Shown piece after piece: positions 8,478-10,851 of a stretch of 10,851 nucleotides of DNA (position 1 is the first letter of the stretch; each line of letters starts with the position of its first letter). Where the stretch lies: contig JBHGNT010001220.1 of NCBI GenBank assembly GCA_043228905.1, positions 1 through 10,851 on the forward strand, in the 5' to 3' direction. The stretch comes from Azolla caroliniana (Eukaryota; Plantae; Polypodiophyta). The position numbers and the translations under genes were made by a program. Under the pieces are notes generated by a model. That model was given only the letters and a program-made list of their open reading frames with translations, had not been told where the DNA came from and made no database searches.

Positions 8478-8877
8478 TTACATAAATTTGTAATATTTTT
8501 CAGTCAAATCACTCAGCAATTCTTTTGTAAATTTTTCATCAAAATCCACCAATATATTCGGAAAAGACTTTGATGAGTATAAATCTGCAGCAATGTGCTT
8601 GCGTTCCTGACATGCCAGCTTTACAGCTTCACTGAAATGCTTCTATATGGACATCATTTTTAACAATTTTGAAACAGCCTGTGATCTCATGAGGTTTACT
8701 CTTGATTCCACTTGTCTGAAGACATAACGCCAATACCTCCAAAGAATCTGTGGTATCAGAAGTTTTGCCAAGTAAAATAATATGCTTGGCATTTAGAATT
8801 TCCTGCCCTTCAATTATGCATCGATTCTGCACTTGGGCATTTAAGAATGAAAATACCTTTCCTAATGTAAGAAACAT
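8478..8877 (-). pseudogene. SWIM zinc-finger / YqaJ-type accessory gene of ISL2EU, internally deleted
   Basis: MFLTL...RCIIEGQEILNAKHII...LCLQTSGIKSKPHEITG...Q*SCKAGMSG/(C)KHIAA (SWIM CxCxxGxxxxCKH, first Cys turned into TGA), joined directly to YSSKSFPNILVDFDEKFTKELLSDLTEKYY, which looks like the extreme C-terminus of these proteins. The YqaJ catalytic core itself is not visible. Confidence 0.72.
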
Positions 8878-9314
8878 TTCCCCACTTATTGTAAAACACA
8901 AATCACAAAATTAAAGAACCCGGATGCCACGAAACTATATTTGTTAACATTAACAACGGAACAAACACTCGAACAAACGTAATCCACGTATATTTATTAC
9001 TCGCTTCTCTCCATATTTGTTTACAACGTACAGCGCCTCCATCGATATTTGGAGTTGCCAATGGTAAAATTCCAACGAGGTGGTAGATACATGCACCCAT
9101 ATTGATACTTGATAAAAATTTAGATGGGTTATATTGTATTTAATATCAGTAACGGGGAAAAATTTACTAAAATTAAAATCACGACCATTTTTAGTATTTT
9201 TTTAACGTAATTCATATTTTTTAAGTTTGGATTTGGTTCTTTGCAAGAGACCGATTTTTTTACGCTACTGATACCGCTTTGTTGCTTAAAAAATTCCAAA
9301 TTTTTCATTACCCA

Positions 9315-9537
9315 CTTTTGCGATTAAAAAGAAAGGTGAATTTTTTTATAAAATGTATTTTTTTTATTTATTATTCCAAATCAATTTTCTCTCCTCCAAA
9401 GTAATTCCCGACTTTCTTTAGCCCTTAAATAAAAGAATAGTATTTTTCCGGTATAGACCTTTTTCTATTTGATTTTTAACTGCTCAATCGTATCAAAACG
9501 GCATTCCCACAGTCTTTGAATTTACTAAATAACCACG
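9315..9537 (-). mobile_element. Mariner 3' end fragment, related to the element at 5154
   Basis: Minus strand reads WLFSKFK...RFDTIEQLK...SIPEKYY...GNYFGGEKIDLE*, followed by a terminus that shares AAAAAGAAAGGTGAA (9326-9340) with the TIR at 5154. Confidence 0.8.
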
Positions 9538-10851
9538 GGAAACTGGGTGTAACTTTTTTGCTTTATAAAATTTAATTTTCGTTTCGATTTGGAAGTATAT
9601 CTAATTAATAGGGTTGTTAATATTATTATACGTATTTATAAATAAGCGGTACTACTATCTACATTTTATTTGTTGTTTTGTATTATTATTATTTCTTGAG
9701 ATCCTTGGTTCAAAAGAGGGTGGCAGAAAGCTTAGAAAATACCTTAAATATTTTGTAAAACTTAATATATTAAAAAAGTATTTGCAAAAAACATGGGAAA
9801 ATTTCATTTGTAACAGCATAGGAAGGGTGAAACGACACGATTGTAGAATGTATATTAACGGGATATTATTATTATTATTTTTATGTAACATTGAAAAAAA
9901 AAAGCGTCAATTCCTATTTTTTTAAACTAATTTATTTAAATTAAAATAGGTTTTTTAGCTTTTAAGCCTTAAAATTAATAAAAAACAAAAAAACGTTAAT
10001 CATTAATATTAAAAAAAGTATTTTTTTCTATATGGTAAAAATATTGCCTAATAATGTTTATGGATAATTTAATAATACACTGCTTAACCAAAAACTAAGA
10101 GCTATTTTCAATTTCAAAGAGACTAGTTTAATATATGGAAAATTATTTGATTTTACTTTTTCAAAACATAACGCGTATAATACGGTTAGGAAGTCTAAAT
10201 ATATGGCATTATTATTTATATTTAAGAAAAATTATAAATAATTTATTTGTTTTTTTTATGTTCAAAAATCTTTAATTATTAATTAAATTATTTGAAATAC
10301 GAGATCATAAAAATTTTAAACTTTAAACAAATGTGTTAGGTTAATTTTTCAGTGCCGATCTTAAATTATCAAAATTAAACATTTTATTTTTATCAAAGCA
10401 AATTTAAGAAAGTATTAAAGTTTGCTATATAAAAAGCCAATAAAATAATTAAAATTATTTTACAAATAAATTGTTGCGTAAATATGCGACAACTTAATAC
10501 AATAAAACATAAAAATAAAATAAAAATGCAGTTTTTAAGCATAATCCTAAATAATAAAAAGTATGTTATTTATGGTAATTACCCTTTATTTATTTGACTT
10601 AACAAATACTCGTTTCTTCTCTTCACCGTTAATATATACTTTAAGTGTTAATAATTTGTTTCCCGGAGATTACCTAAATTCAGATAGCCGTGTTTTCTTT
10701 TGATGATCGGAATATAGAAAAAATATATTTTAACAAAAAACTAAATACGAACTTTGATTGGTTTTGGATATTTTTATATTCATAAGCAAATATTTATAAA
10801 TTATGTATTACCTAGACGACAAATGATCTGCCAACATGCAGTTTTCTTTTA

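Larger units (their letters stand above)
7603..9060. mobile_element. ISL2EU-type (PHIS group) DNA transposon, non-autonomous deletion derivative, 1458 bp
   Basis: Perfect 13-bp TIRs TGGCAACTCCAAA (7603-7615) / TTTGGAGTTGCCA (9048-9060), with AT on both sides (7601-7602, 9061-9062). Contains a THAP gene remnant (+) and a SWIM/YqaJ-type gene remnant (-). THAP transposase plus YqaJ protein plus AT target duplication is the ISL2EU signature. Confidence 0.82.

Noticed and set aside
9540-10851. ORFs 9614-9925 and 9655-9891, and possible further SEL1L exons
   Set aside because: Very AT-rich low-complexity sequence; no Sel1-repeat peptide or other domain recognised.
1-10851. CRISPR array, tRNA/rRNA genes or a prokaryotic defence-type operon
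   Set aside because: No regularly spaced repeats, cloverleaf or dense gene packing; a spliced exon and eukaryotic transposon families explain the window.

Overview
AT-rich eukaryotic DNA, most likely insect (inferred from the sel-1 exon and the transposon families). The only clear host coding sequence is one internal exon of a sel-1/SEL1L (Hrd3) homologue (4633-4861, +). The flanks, probably introns, are packed with decayed transposons: the 5' end of an RTE-clade LINE (-), a P-element transposase C-terminus (+), an internally deleted mariner interrupted by a SPIN/Buster-type hAT, an ISL2EU (PHIS group) derivative with both TIRs, an AT target duplication and convergent THAP and SWIM/YqaJ gene remnants, and a second mariner 3' end. 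Two candidate self-cleaving RNA motifs stand out: an HDV-like core at the RTE 5' boundary (about 1207-1340, -) and a Penelope-type minimal hammerhead with a U3-A8 core swap (4527-4570, +) just upstream of the SEL1L exon. Most ORFs in the supplied track are fragments or antisense shadows of these relics. I see no evidence for a wholly new multi-gene system. All family assignments come from manual translation and remembered motifs, not database searches.
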